A stretch of 64,000 nucleotides of DNA from Patescibacteria group bacterium. GTDB lineage: Bacteria; Patescibacteriota; Microgenomatia; UBA1400; PJMF01. The notes below the pieces were generated by a model, which was given only the letters and a program-made list of their open reading frames with translations, had not been told where the DNA came from and did no database searches. Shown one piece after another: positions 37,974 to 48,590 of this stretch. Location of the stretch: NCBI GenBank assembly GCA_019454415.1, contig JACFOI010000002.1, positions 9,474 to 73,473 on the forward strand, given 5' to 3'. Made by a program: the position numbers and the translations under genes. Numbering within the stretch: the stretch's first letter is position 1; each line of letters begins with the position of its first letter.

Positions 37974-38011
37974 TCCTTTTTTTGCTTCACAGAAGACGTT
38001 ATGATGAACTC

Positions 38012-38434
38012 ATGACAGAACAAGAAGTCAGGATGTCCGATCCACCAAAACCAGAGCAGCGCACGATTTACAGCGCTTCCGGGTGGGAGATTTTCGGCCG
38101 GAATTTTTTGGCGGGAATGGCGCAGGCCTTAGGGCATATTTTGATTTACTTGTTGTTTGTAGCCGGGGTCTTCGCCGTCGCATTCCGTTTCCTCTGGCCG
38201 GTTGTTCAGCCCTATGTCGATATTTACAAACAGTCTCTCGAATCCTTGCAGATGATCCAGTCCTTCACACCCGGATATGTTCCTACTGAAGAAGCCGGGA
38301 CTGAACAGAATATGGAAGATGTACCCTCCTATGAGGGCACTTCCCAGCCTAGCCAGCCGACCATGGGCCTCAATCCCGACCAGCTTCGCCAAGCTCAAGA
38401 ACTCCTGCAACAGATGCAGCAAGGCGGGAACTAG
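38012..38434 (+). CDS. Hypothetical small membrane protein with a Gln-rich C-terminus
   Basis: It has one TM helix (ILIYLLFVAGVFAVAFRFLW). The start is taken at the internal ATG to avoid overlapping the divergent ATP-grasp gene. Confidence 0.4.
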   Translation: MTEQEVRMSDPPKPEQRTIYSASGWEIFGRNFLAGMAQALGHILIYLLFVAGVFAVAFRFLWPVVQPYVDIYKQSLESLQMIQSFTPGYVPTEEAGTEQNMEDVPSYEGTSQPSQPTMGLNPDQLRQAQELLQQMQQGGN

Positions 38435-38580
38435 TTTTCTTACATTTATCCACACAGTCATAGACGGTGTTTTTGTTGCTCTTTCTAGAGAGCGGCCGCT
38501 TCCTTTTTACACCACAGTTACACATCCTATAACGCAAAAACTGTGTTATAATTTCTACAGTTAGTGTAAGGAACACTAGT

Positions 38581-38874
38581 ATGATTGCCAATCGAGAAGC
38601 CTTAGGGCAAGACTATACCGACGAACAAAGCACTGAAGTTGCTGAGCTAGTCCGAAGCTGGTCACCAGCCTCGGAGCAAGCTACAGGCTACACTCCTCGT
38701 CTGGGGGAAGCTCTTTCCGAGCGTGTCGCGCAAGCAAACCAAGAGGGGGAAGATGAGTTCACGATTGTAAAGTGGCTCAAGGAACATCCCAAGGTGTTAA
38801 TCCTGGTTATGGCTGCAGCAGGTACTTTATCTATCGCGATTCCTGAAGTTTTGCAGAGAATCCAGCAGCAATAA
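38581..38874 (+). CDS. Hypothetical protein (97 aa), C-terminal TM helix
   Basis: An ORF with a C-terminal hydrophobic segment LILVMAAAGTLSIAI, followed by a strong terminator. Confidence 0.4.
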   Translation: MIANREALGQDYTDEQSTEVAELVRSWSPASEQATGYTPRLGEALSERVAQANQEGEDEFTIVKWLKEHPKVLILVMAAAGTLSIAIPEVLQRIQQQ

Positions 38875-38903
38875 AGTTTTGGATTTCAAGTATTTTGATA
38901 GTA

Positions 38904-38932
38904 AAAGACCCTCTGAGAAGAGGGTCTTTCGG
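38904..38932. terminator. Bidirectional rho-independent terminator between convergent genes
   Basis: A 10-bp stem AAGACCCTCT-GAGA-AGAGGGTCTT is flanked by a T-run on each strand. Confidence 0.65.
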
Positions 38933-38951
38933 TTTGTTGAGAGTTGCCTTT

Positions 38952-40685
38952 TTACTTCGCTTCCGGTCGTCCACCCCAGACAGGCGGGTGCTTTTTGGGA
39001 TCCTGAACCAAACCCTTCACAAATAAGCGGCTAAGCTTGATTGGGAAGAGAATGGCCAGCACGACGATGAAGTAGAAGGAGTTGAGGAACCCCAGCCACT
39101 TCTTGTTAACGTACGCGCTGTATGCCCCGCGCAGGAAGTTGACGACGACGAAGACAATCGCGTAGGGAAGAACAACCTCGATTGCTGCTTGCGTGTTGAC
39201 TGTTGCAGCAGTAATCAAGGCGTTCACCGTCAACCGCAGAATGACTCCAGCCAGGACAAACGAGAAGCCGGCGGCGTAGAACTGATCCAGAATACTCCAG
39301 GGGTGGAGCATCCAGATCTGCCCGGTAAAGATACTGGTGAAAAATACCACGAACATGCTGACAGTCCAGCGGTCTTGCTGGCTGTAGAACCGGCTAAGGA
39401 TATCCGGCGCATCCGTGTAAGTTTCCACCCATGGGCAGTAGCCAACCTTTTTCTTCATTTTGTTTAGCTGGTAGGTGGTATACCGATCGTCACCCTGACG
39501 GATACGTACTCCCTTGTAGGTGAAGTTGACGAACGATCCAATGAACTTACCGACTAAGCTGGTTTCAATTGCCATCCATGGTCCGCTCATGCAGACCACG
39601 CAATTGAAGAAGCTTTCCGCGGCGCGTTCTTTGTTGTTCGCCTCGTCGTAACGGAAGTAGGTCATCCACAACAGTACCCAAGCAAAAATGCGTTTCAGGA
39701 GGGGTTTGGACTTGTCCTCCCATGGAGTCTTGGGCATGTTTTTGATCCGAACGTTCGACGTCAAGCCCGATAAATCGAACAAGACGAAGCACAGGTAGGT
39801 CATGAACAGCGCCCAGCTGTGTGATAAGGTGTCAGAATCGAGGTTGACCGAGATTTGGGTATTCGGCGTTGGTAGCTCGACCTCCCGTTCAGGATGATCG
39901 AACATTTCCTGCACCATCGGTTCTGCTTGTTCTTCTGGGATGTTATGCGTACTTAGCCATCCCACCGCCATGGCAGTTCGTTTATCTGCGATGGTGAGAT
40001 TAATGACACGAATCCGCTCTATCAGAAAATGATAGCGCTCTTCATTAATCTCTCCTGCTCGATACTGCCGGGTGATTTCCCGTTTTTTTGCTCTTGCCCA
40101 CGCCCGTGCACCCTCAATGAGGGGATAGTTTTTGGGATCATTGAGAATCACCCAAATTTCGAGGGGAGGCATAGTCTGCATTAAAACGGCTTCGAGGGTT
40201 GTGACCAACTCATCGGCGGAAAGGCCATAGGCGGGAACCATGATGCTGGACGAGCGTTCCACCTTATATCCAGCATCTTTAAGGTTTGCCACAACAGCAA
40301 GATGCAGCTTTGCCGTAAAGTTCGGCATCTGGGCTGCAGAAGTCGAGTAGATAATCTTGAGAAACTGATCTACTCGCATCATCTTGCCGACAGCGGCTTC
40401 CAGTCTCGCTACCTCTTCTTCAGGGAGGTTTGGGGCGAGTCTGTAGAGGCCGTCCACTATGGCTCTTCCGAGAACGGTGATGTACTTCTTGTTATTAAGG
40501 TAGGCGAGGAAGATCTGGGTGATCCACCTGCCGCTTAATAGCAAGCCGAATGGGGTGATGAACGGGGTAATACTAATCCCCGCCACCGTACAAAATAAAA
40601 CAAACCCTAGAGTAATGACTGTCAGGATGAATTTACTCCATGTCAGCATTGGTCTCTGGGCTCCTGACGAGGGCGTTGGTTTCAT
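38952..40685 (-). CDS. Processive family-2 glycosyltransferase (cellulose/chitin/hyaluronan-synthase-like), integral membrane
   Basis: MVPAYGLSADELVTTLEAVL...VILNDPKN is the GT-A DXD region. YSQQDRWTVS is the QxxRW motif. Multiple TM helices flank the catalytic domain. Confidence 0.75.
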   Translation of the reverse strand: MKPTPSSGAQRPMLTWSKFILTVITLGFVLFCTVAGISITPFITPFGLLLSGRWITQIFLAYLNNKKYITVLGRAIVDGLYRLAPNLPEEEVARLEAAVGKMMRVDQFLKIIYSTSAAQMPNFTAKLHLAVVANLKDAGYKVERSSSIMVPAYGLSADELVTTLEAVLMQTMPPLEIWVILNDPKNYPLIEGARAWARAKKREITRQYRAGEINEERYHFLIERIRVINLTIADKRTAMAVGWLSTHNIPEEQAEPMVQEMFDHPEREVELPTPNTQISVNLDSDTLSHSWALFMTYLCFVLFDLSGLTSNVRIKNMPKTPWEDKSKPLLKRIFAWVLLWMTYFRYDEANNKERAAESFFNCVVCMSGPWMAIETSLVGKFIGSFVNFTYKGVRIRQGDDRYTTYQLNKMKKKVGYCPWVETYTDAPDILSRFYSQQDRWTVSMFVVFFTSIFTGQIWMLHPWSILDQFYAAGFSFVLAGVILRLTVNALITAATVNTQAAIEVVLPYAIVFVVVNFLRGAYSAYVNKKWLGFLNSFYFIVVLAILFPIKLSRLFVKGLVQDPKKHPPVWGGRPEAK

Positions 40686-41117
40686 GGAGCCTTCTCCTGT
40701 AGGTGTTCTCCTGGATACAATGAGGACGAAAAAAACGGCTGTGCATTATTCTGCACAAGCCCCTTACATTTACCTGTACTTTCTCCTAGTTCTGAGAGAT
40801 TTTTACTCTGAACAGATAAATCTAGGGCGCTTGTGCAGGAAGATTACTCTCAACTTTTTAAGGTGCTAATTCCGGAGAAAGCATCGTTTTGATGCCGTTC
40901 GGAAATAACTATAGGATTTTATCATCTTGTGTAGCAAATACATAGGTTTGAGAGGCAAAAAGGGGGTCAAAGTGAATGGATGTAGATAAAGTCTTTAATT
41001 ATGAGATATTCCTGAAAACTGCCTGCGCTTTTTTGATACCTTTTTATACTTTAATAATTAGAAAATAGATTTATACATCTTTCTTTTTTTCCTCGACAAT
41101 GAGTACAATGAATCTCG

Positions 41118-44100
41118 ATGAAGTTATCAAGCACCAGCATACTGCCGCGTGTTTTGTTTGTGTTGACGCTGTTTGTCGTCAGTTCTGGTGCTGCCTATGC
41201 GTGGGTAGAGTCGGGAGGGAAGCCTTTTGAGCTCGTTGAACAGCAGCTCAATCAAGTTGCGGAGAATATCCGCGCTCGGTTGCTAAACCCTGATTTTCTT
41301 TCCTTTTCAGGTGGAGTACGTCAACAAGCAGTAGTCTCTGAACAAGAGAGAGAAGGGGAGACGTCCACAGAACAGGTTGGAGCAGGCACAGTGAGTGACA
41401 GCGAGGTCAGCCTAGGGCAGGCAACTGCAGCTTCTACCCCAAGCCCCACCCTTCAGTCTACATCCACACCCGTTCCATCCCCCCAAACACTTTCCCCGCA
41501 AGTCACCAACGCCAGCCAGTTACTAGGAGCCACTTGGGCGAATCCAGCTGAGATTGGATCAGGAACGCCCAACTCCGCAGTCTTCTCCAATGTCACGGCC
41601 AATGGTGCACTTGCAGTTAACGGCAGCGTGACAATGTCGGAGTTTGTAAACGGTTTTCTGCTGGCCAATGGTATCGGCGAGATGAGTGCAACTCGAGTGA
41701 GTTTGAGCAACAGTAGCCACGTGGCTGACCGTCTTCCGACTGCCAGCGGTGGTACTGGTAATGACTTTTCCGGAGCAGCAGCCGGCTCCGTACTGAGTTT
41801 CGGTGCCACAGGCCAAATGACTGTCGTCTCTCCAGGAACTTCTGGGTACGTTTTAACCTCAAATGGTGCAGGCGCTTTACCGACTTGGACTTCTGTCGGC
41901 TCGGCAACAGTGGACTGGGCAAACCCTGGCTCAATTGGCTCCAGCACCCCAAACACCGGTGATTTTACGGCTTTGAGTTTGAGTGGAGCGAGTACGCCGC
42001 TGAGTGTAGGGAGTGGCTCGCAGCTACAAGTCGATGACAACGGCCGGATGACGCTGACCTACGTCGGTGACTCAGGCTTTCTCAGCTCCTCCGGTGGTGT
42101 GATCTTTATCAACAACACCAGCAACACGGGTACCGGTATCGGGATTTACTCCAACGCCGGGGCAGACGCCCAAGGGAACATGATCAATGTTAAAGTTGAT
42201 AATCCAGCCTACAGCCAAGCAGCGTTTTACATGAACTACGATGGAAGCTCCAACGCTGTCGAGATCGTCAACAATGGGAACGACAGCTCATCCAACGCGC
42301 TGGCTGTCACTGGTAACAACATCCTGGACTCCACCGTGGGGATCATCGGCTACGAGCTTGATCGGGGAACGATTAAAGTCACTCATAATCGTCCCGGCTC
42401 CGGGACTGACTCGAGTGCATCCGGTCTTTCCATTGATTTGAAAGGGGTGGGAACACGAGCACAGGGTGTTTACGTCGATTCCACGGAAGTGGGCGGAACA
42501 CTCGGGAACTTGCTCCGTTTGCGAAACGAAAGTGTCGACAAGTTTGTGGTCGGTCCGCAGGGAAATGTCACTATCGCGGGGAATGTCACTCAGGGAGCAT
42601 CAGGAACTGACACTACTTTCACCAAGCAAGGGAACAACAGCGCTGATCAGTTTTTTGTCGGGACCAACGGAGCGTTTCGTGTTCAACGCTCCGCCACAGA
42701 TTCTGAGGCTTTCCGGGTCCAGGTCAGCGGAGATATCCAGGGGCGTTGGCTGGGAACATCGGACGGTAAACTTAAGTGGGGGCCGGGAAATGCCACGCAG
42801 GACGTGGTTTTACGTCGGAGCGCTGCAGGAGTCTTAACACTTGAAGGCTCACTGGTGGCGGACGGAACGATTAGTGGCTCATTTGCCGGAACTGTCACTC
42901 CAACTGGTTTTACGGCAGGCTCTGTTGTCTTTGCTGGTACGGGTGGAACCTTGAATCAGGATAACAGTAATCTGTTTTGGGATGACTCTGCCAATCGCCT
43001 CGGGATAGGCAACTCTTCACCCGGAGCGTTGCTTGCCGTTGGCTCAACCGCGCCATTTTTAGTTGATAGCTCAGGTAATGTGACTCAAGGTGTCAACGGG
43101 ACGAATACCTCTTTTACAAAGAACGGTAATACTGCCGGCGATGAGTTTTTTGTCGGAACGAGTGGTGCATTTCGGGTGACACGTTCGCTGTCTGGGTCTG
43201 AAGCATTTCGAGTACAGGTGAGTGGAGACACGCAAGGGCGTTGGCTGGGAACGTCTGATGGCCAGCTGAAGTGGGGACCAGGAAATGTTACGCAAGATAC
43301 AGTGTTGCGGCGCAACTCAGCCGGAGTACTCGCGCTGGAGGGTGCAATCTTAATTAACAATCTGAATCAGTCACTCAACACCGTCGTCAAGGGTGTCTCA
43401 GACAGTAACTTACTCTATGTTGATGCAGCGAATGATCGGGTAGGGATCGGGCTTTCCTCGCCAGCCGCTAAACTTCATTCGCTTGCTACAACTGAACAGC
43501 TCCGTTTGTCGTATGACGGCTCGAACTATGCTGCCTTTACTGTCAATAGTGTCGGAGACTTACAGCTCAGTCCAAGTGGTGCAGATGTTGCTATTGGTCA
43601 AGCGCCAGATACGGGAACACCTTTGGTGGTGAGTGGAACCAACAATGGTGGCTTAAAAGTCATCAGAATCACCAATACCGGAGCATCGAATAATACCCAA
43701 GCTGGACTTTCCCTCTACACGGGAACCACGGAGTATGCTCGCATTGTCTCTAACAGAGACAGTTCTTCAGCTGGTACGTTATCCTTTTCTACTTTACAAA
43801 GCAGTACCTTAACGGAAGTGCTGCGTATCTCTTCTTCCCTTCAGCCCCTTGTCCAACTTCAGGGTCTTGCTGGATCAAATGGTTCGCCAGGGTATAGTTT
43901 CACCGGGGACAGTGATACTGGTATGTACCAAAACGGGGCGGACGCACTAGCCTTTAGTACCGGTGGGACTCGGCGGATGAATGTCAGCTCAACAGGAGTT
44001 GCAGTTGACGTAGTAGCTCGGTTCCTCGATGGGAATGCCAGCGCTCCGGGGCTAACATTTGACAACGATACAAACACTGGTATCTATCGAGCGACCACCG

Positions 44101-46139
44101 ATACCTTAGGTTTTTCTACCGCTGGAACAGAGAGAGTCAGAATTGATGCCAATGGACTGGTGGGAATTGGTAACAGTCCTTCGGCTCGTTTGGATATTTT
44201 TTCGGCAAGTACGAATAGCGACGTCCTGCGGTTGGTGGCCAGTGACGGCAGTCGCTTAGGTCGTTTTACCGAAACTTCGGGCGGTCACGGCTGGTTTGAA
44301 GTTGATAACGCATCGGGGACAGCAGTCGCACTCCTTCGCGCAGATGGAGGCAATAGCTACGTAAGCACAGGACTGTTCGGCATCGGCACGACCTCACCTG
44401 CCGGTAAGTTGGAAGTAAACGGTGGCAACGGCGGAAATGCCTCAGTCATTATTAACCAGACCTTGAGCGGCGACATTCTGACTGCCTCAGCATCGGGGAC
44501 CACCCGGATGGTACTGACGAATAGTGGATACTTGGGACTAGGCACAAACTTACCTTCCTATAAAGTCGATACAGTCGAAGACGTTAATACTTCAGCTGGC
44601 GGCCGTTTTCGAAACACTAGTACCGGAACATTTGGGGCAGCTGCGGTGGGTGTCGGGGCAAATAACCACGCAGGGGCATTGGTTGCTTTCGGTTCAGGAT
44701 ACACGGGTGGGGGCGTTCTCTCTCACTTTGCAGGAAGAACTGCGCTGATCACGGATATCACTAATCCCAGTGAGGGTGTCGATATCCTGTCAGCAAAAAA
44801 CACTGGTGATATTCGGATGTACACTGGCGGCTTTGCCACGTCCAACGAGCGACTCCGAATTACATCGGACGGTCTAGTGGGTATCGGCCGCACTCCCACC
44901 ACATACCGACTGGAGGTCAATGGAGCCATGGCCACCACCAGCGAGGGAGATATCTTTGCCCAGTACGACGGTGACTCGGCAACGTTCTACCCGGTCTTTG
45001 CTCGTTACTGGGATAGTCATGGAACTTTCCCCTCGTCAACGTTTATCTTCGGCAACGGTACAAATGCTGTTGTCGGGATCGAGAAACCTGGGGAGAACAA
45101 CATCTCGGAGTTCAGAGTCCGCTCGGACGTCACAAATATTTTGGGTGACTTGAATGTGACAGGCTCGTGTACTGGCTGTAGCTCCGACGAGCGACTGAAG
45201 AAAAACATCCTACAAATGAACGGTTCAGCTCTTCAAAAGTTGCTGAGTCTACGAGGAGTAACTTACGAGTGGTCAGACGCCCAAAAAGAGCAGAGCTTCC
45301 CGGGTCTGCAGATTGGTGTGGTTGCCCAGGATGTCGAAAAGGTTTTTCCTGAACTGGTGGGAACGGACTCCCGTGGGTATAAGTTTGTCCGCTATGACAA
45401 GTTGATTGCCCCGACGATTGAGGCAATCCGCGAGCAGCAGTCTCAGATCTCTTCACTAGACTCCCGTGTGGCGTCGATCAACGGGACAGTCACCCAAAGC
45501 GTCGCAAACGCTTTCAGCTGGACGGATAATGCCTGGAACGTCTTGACGGAGATGGTCTTTACCAAGGCTGTGGCATTCCGTGACCGGGTGACTTTCACTG
45601 CGGCCACAGTATTCAAAGGTCGGGCCCAGTTTGATCAGCCGATTGCCCAAAGCAAAGATGCTGCCGGCAGTGTTGTCCTTCCTTCCGGCGCCCAAAGTGT
45701 AGAAGTGAAGTTCGCAGCAGCATATGATCAAGCACCCTTCGTGACACTTACCCCAGTCGGCAAGGGAGTCGTCGGTTACTACGTCGATCAGGTAACACCT
45801 CAAGGCTTCGTCCTTAAGATAGAGCAGGCGCTGAGTCAGGATGTACTGTTCAACTGGGCCGCCACTCAAACCACCCAAGGAGCAGTGATGGGAGTGAGCT
45901 CTTCCGGCAGTCCAGCTGTTTCAGCCCAGCCATCTCCAGTTCCGTCTCCCGCAGTCTCACCGACGCCTGTTGCCTCGCCTCAGCCTTCTGCCAGTCCTTC
46001 ACCCAGTCCTGTTGTCACGGCATCACCATTTGGAGAGCCTTCTGCCAGTCCGTCTTCCAGCCCACCCGCTACTGTTTCCCCGGAGCCGTCAGCCAGCCCC
46101 GAGCCATCGCCCTCACCATCACCAACTTCACAGCCATGA
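41118..46139 (+). CDS. Giant secreted fibre-like protein (1673 aa): signal peptide, Thr/Ser/Gly-rich beta-rich body with internal ~90-aa repeats, C-terminal peptidase-S74 intramolecular-chaperone domain (SDERLKKNI...), then a P/S-rich tail
   Basis: The signal peptide is MKLSSTSILPRVLFVLTLFVVSSGAAYA. The repeat unit is TQGxxGTxTxFTKxGNxxxDxFFVGTxGAFRVxRSxxxSEAFRVQVSGDxQGRWLGTSDGxLKWGPGNxTQDxVLRR, present twice. The C-terminus reads GSCTGCSSDERLKKNILQMNGSALQKLLSLRGVTYEW, as in tail-spike/endosialidase chaperone domains. Confidence 0.8.
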   Translation: MKLSSTSILPRVLFVLTLFVVSSGAAYAWVESGGKPFELVEQQLNQVAENIRARLLNPDFLSFSGGVRQQAVVSEQEREGETSTEQVGAGTVSDSEVSLGQATAASTPSPTLQSTSTPVPSPQTLSPQVTNASQLLGATWANPAEIGSGTPNSAVFSNVTANGALAVNGSVTMSEFVNGFLLANGIGEMSATRVSLSNSSHVADRLPTASGGTGNDFSGAAAGSVLSFGATGQMTVVSPGTSGYVLTSNGAGALPTWTSVGSATVDWANPGSIGSSTPNTGDFTALSLSGASTPLSVGSGSQLQVDDNGRMTLTYVGDSGFLSSSGGVIFINNTSNTGTGIGIYSNAGADAQGNMINVKVDNPAYSQAAFYMNYDGSSNAVEIVNNGNDSSSNALAVTGNNILDSTVGIIGYELDRGTIKVTHNRPGSGTDSSASGLSIDLKGVGTRAQGVYVDSTEVGGTLGNLLRLRNESVDKFVVGPQGNVTIAGNVTQGASGTDTTFTKQGNNSADQFFVGTNGAFRVQRSATDSEAFRVQVSGDIQGRWLGTSDGKLKWGPGNATQDVVLRRSAAGVLTLEGSLVADGTISGSFAGTVTPTGFTAGSVVFAGTGGTLNQDNSNLFWDDSANRLGIGNSSPGALLAVGSTAPFLVDSSGNVTQGVNGTNTSFTKNGNTAGDEFFVGTSGAFRVTRSLSGSEAFRVQVSGDTQGRWLGTSDGQLKWGPGNVTQDTVLRRNSAGVLALEGAILINNLNQSLNTVVKGVSDSNLLYVDAANDRVGIGLSSPAAKLHSLATTEQLRLSYDGSNYAAFTVNSVGDLQLSPSGADVAIGQAPDTGTPLVVSGTNNGGLKVIRITNTGASNNTQAGLSLYTGTTEYARIVSNRDSSSAGTLSFSTLQSSTLTEVLRISSSLQPLVQLQGLAGSNGSPGYSFTGDSDTGMYQNGADALAFSTGGTRRMNVSSTGVAVDVVARFLDGNASAPGLTFDNDTNTGIYRATTDTLGFSTAGTERVRIDANGLVGIGNSPSARLDIFSASTNSDVLRLVASDGSRLGRFTETSGGHGWFEVDNASGTAVALLRADGGNSYVSTGLFGIGTTSPAGKLEVNGGNGGNASVIINQTLSGDILTASASGTTRMVLTNSGYLGLGTNLPSYKVDTVEDVNTSAGGRFRNTSTGTFGAAAVGVGANNHAGALVAFGSGYTGGGVLSHFAGRTALITDITNPSEGVDILSAKNTGDIRMYTGGFATSNERLRITSDGLVGIGRTPTTYRLEVNGAMATTSEGDIFAQYDGDSATFYPVFARYWDSHGTFPSSTFIFGNGTNAVVGIEKPGENNISEFRVRSDVTNILGDLNVTGSCTGCSSDERLKKNILQMNGSALQKLLSLRGVTYEWSDAQKEQSFPGLQIGVVAQDVEKVFPELVGTDSRGYKFVRYDKLIAPTIEAIREQQSQISSLDSRVASINGTVTQSVANAFSWTDNAWNVLTEMVFTKAVAFRDRVTFTAATVFKGRAQFDQPIAQSKDAAGSVVLPSGAQSVEVKFAAAYDQAPFVTLTPVGKGVVGYYVDQVTPQGFVLKIEQALSQDVLFNWAATQTTQGAVMGVSSSGSPAVSAQPSPVPSPAVSPTPVASPQPSASPSPSPVVTASPFGEPSASPSSSPPATVSPEPSASPEPSPSPSPTSQP

Positions 46140-46159
46140 TATCCTTGGAAGGATAAGAT

Positions 46160-46570
46160 ATGAAAACAGACAAACCTACTACCCACACCAAAAGCTCCAC
46201 AAAAACGGACTCGAAAACTCCGAAAGCTCCTCGGCTCTTTCCCAAACCGAACGAGTCCAAAACGCTCCAAGAGTACTTAAACATCCTTCGTGAGCTGGAT
46301 AAAGATCTGCCCAAAACCAGCGAGTACGGCAGCATCCTGATCTTGGGCCTCATGGAGGAGGTGGGGGAGATTGCCCGTGCTTACCTGGCTGAACACGGCC
46401 GCAAGCCGACCAACAAAGCAGCCCAGCGCGACGAAACCTACAAACAAGAACTGGGAGATCTGCTGATCTCTATTCTTCGTTTAGCCACCCACAAAAACAT
46501 TAACTTAGATCATCGCATCCAGTACACGCTCAAGAAGATCCAAAAACGGAAGAGCCAACCGAAAGAGTAA
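46160..46570 (+). CDS. MazG-like nucleotide pyrophosphohydrolase domain protein
   Basis: [17 protein letters not shown]...[13 protein letters not shown] fits the MazG/NTP-PPase EExxE helix pattern. Its stop lies 1 nt before the epmA start. Confidence 0.6.
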   Translation: MKTDKPTTHTKSSTKTDSKTPKAPRLFPKPNESKTLQEYLNILRELDKDLPKTSEYGSILILGLMEEVGEIARAYLAEHGRKPTNKAAQRDETYKQELGDLLISILRLATHKNINLDHRIQYTLKKIQKRKSQPKE

Positions 46571-46571
46571 G

Positions 46572-47684
46572 ATGAAAAACTGGCAACGCCTTCGACAGCA
46601 GCCTGAGCTGTGGACCAAGTTCCTGATGCGGGAACAGGTGATTCACGGTATCCGTGAGTTTTTTCTCCAGCATGATTTTCATGAAGTGGAAACGCCGCTG
46701 TTAGTCGAGCATCCGGGGACAGAGCCGTACTTGGAAGTGTTTGAGACAAAACTGTTGAAAACAGATGGCCGACAACTGCAAGCCTTTCTGCTGACTAGTC
46801 CTGAGTATGCCATGAAGAAGCTGATCGTGGCTGGCATGCACAACATCTTCCAGATCTGTAAAAGCTTCCGAAATGGAGAAGGGGAGAGTGGGCGACATAA
46901 TCCCGAGTTCACAATTCTGGAATGGTACCGTTCGCCAGGTGACTATACGGACATCATGGATGACTGTGAAGGTTTACTGCAACATTTAGCGCAAAAAATT
47001 GCCAGCGGGCAACAAAAAAATAAACAGAGTAGGGGAGAGAGCGAAAAAAACGACCAGCGATCTCCAACTGATCCTCTGTTGCTGAACTATCAAGGTAAAC
47101 AGTACAACCTCCACTCGCCTTGGGAGCGGATCAGTGTGGCAGAGGCATTTGAAAAGTACTGCGGAGTTTCAAAAGAAGTCTTGCTGGATAAAGAGTTATT
47201 AAAGTCGGTAGTCAAAGTGAAGGGCTACCATGTCGATGACCAAACTACTTGGGAACAAGCCTACAATCAGTTATTACTGAATGAAATCGAACCCAAGCTC
47301 GGTCAAGAGAAACCGACGATCCTTTACGACTATCCATCTTCCCAAGCTGCGCTTTCACAACCGAAACAAGACGATCCCCGCTTTGCAGAACGTTTTGAGT
47401 TTTTCCTCGGCGGACTTGAGCTTGGCAACGCATTCTCAGAACTGAATGACGCTGCTGAACAGGAGCGTCGGTTCAAGCAGGAACTCAAAGAACGAGCAGA
47501 ACTGGGCAAGACACCCTATGAATTAGATCATGACTACATTGAAGCGCTGAGGGTAGGTTTGCCACCGACTGGTGGAATTGCTGTCGGCGTTGATCGTTTA
47601 GTCATGTTGTTTGCGGATACAACGGACCTGAGAGATGTTACTTTCTTCCCTGTGACTGATGTTTTTGATGAGGAGGCAACATGA
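46572..47684 (+). CDS. epmA: EF-P--lysine ligase EpmA (PoxA/GenX; a lysyl-tRNA-synthetase catalytic-domain paralog)
   Basis: Block-by-block matches to E. coli EpmA are [68 protein letters not shown] and [12 protein letters not shown]. Confidence 0.9.
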   Translation: MKNWQRLRQQPELWTKFLMREQVIHGIREFFLQHDFHEVETPLLVEHPGTEPYLEVFETKLLKTDGRQLQAFLLTSPEYAMKKLIVAGMHNIFQICKSFRNGEGESGRHNPEFTILEWYRSPGDYTDIMDDCEGLLQHLAQKIASGQQKNKQSRGESEKNDQRSPTDPLLLNYQGKQYNLHSPWERISVAEAFEKYCGVSKEVLLDKELLKSVVKVKGYHVDDQTTWEQAYNQLLLNEIEPKLGQEKPTILYDYPSSQAALSQPKQDDPRFAERFEFFLGGLELGNAFSELNDAAEQERRFKQELKERAELGKTPYELDHDYIEALRVGLPPTGGIAVGVDRLVMLFADTTDLRDVTFFPVTDVFDEEAT

Positions 47685-48481
47685 CAGATAAAGAATCAGG
47701 TATGTTTCGTGACTTTGACTTCCGACTCAATCCAGAAGAGCCCATCTATGAAAAAGCAGCCGATATTCCTGTAGATCAGCCTACACTCATCTTCAATGGT
47801 GGCCACGTCAAAAACCAACTTTTGCCATATCTCACAGAATTAATGGACTCGTATGGAGCTGTTGCCCATAGAGTCCAGGCTCGTGGCAGGGAGTTTGAGG
47901 TATACGTGGGAGTCCCGGCAGAAGAGCTTTTTCGTTGGTATGCCGACAGGATTTGCAACGAAGAAAAGCTTAAAGCTGAGGGTACTACCCCAGAAGCAGT
48001 TGTTAACAAACTATTAGATCAAGATGTAGTGGAAGATCGGGAAGCGCTTGCCAGGGAAAACGTGGATGTTCAAGCGGCCCGGTCAGTCTTATTTGGTTTC
48101 CGCCAGCAAATTGGACAGTACTTTAATCTTGTAGACCATATTGGAGTGATAGAGGTACTTCTCGGACAGAAAAAATATGACCTGGCAAGGACACGATTAG
48201 CCTTGACAGAGAAGAATCTGAATGGACTTGTTCGTCAACTCGCAGCAGGTGAGATCTTTATGAACAAACTCAAAGCATTGCTCGAACAGCCGCTCTATCG
48301 TACGCTCTTTTTTGCGATTCCAGATCTAGCCCTGGAGTACGACATTGCCCTTGAGATGATGGCCCAGGCCGCAGATAACCTGCGCGACGAAACATTCTAT
48401 CGGCAACGACTCTTTGAGCTCAGTCAGGCCCTTTCGGACGCTACGTCCTCCTCTGATGGGGATGAGCTCTCGGCTCACTAG
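47681..48481 (+). CDS. Hypothetical protein (266 aa) translationally coupled to epmA (ATGA overlap) and upstream of efp
   Basis: An ORF of good length with GAGGAGG immediately upstream. No motif was recognised. There is a single Cys, so it is not an EpmB-type radical-SAM enzyme. Confidence 0.55.
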   Translation: MTDKESGMFRDFDFRLNPEEPIYEKAADIPVDQPTLIFNGGHVKNQLLPYLTELMDSYGAVAHRVQARGREFEVYVGVPAEELFRWYADRICNEEKLKAEGTTPEAVVNKLLDQDVVEDREALARENVDVQAARSVLFGFRQQIGQYFNLVDHIGVIEVLLGQKKYDLARTRLALTEKNLNGLVRQLAAGEIFMNKLKALLEQPLYRTLFFAIPDLALEYDIALEMMAQAADNLRDETFYRQRLFELSQALSDATSSSDGDELSAH

Positions 48482-48590
48482 ATTGCAACTCCGGAGTAAA
48501 AGGGGTAAAATCTCGAGAGCTGAAACTCGCGGTCAAGTATTTTGACCCTTCTTTCAATCAAAAACCTGAAGTGTATAAGGAGATATGTGT

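Noticed and set aside
41118-46139. Possibility that the internal ~90-aa repeats of the giant protein are a CRISPR-like or assembly tandem-repeat artefact
   Set aside because: The repeat copies are about 85% identical at the protein level rather than identical at DNA level. They are separated by ~500 nt of unique in-frame sequence. This is consistent with genuine domain duplication.
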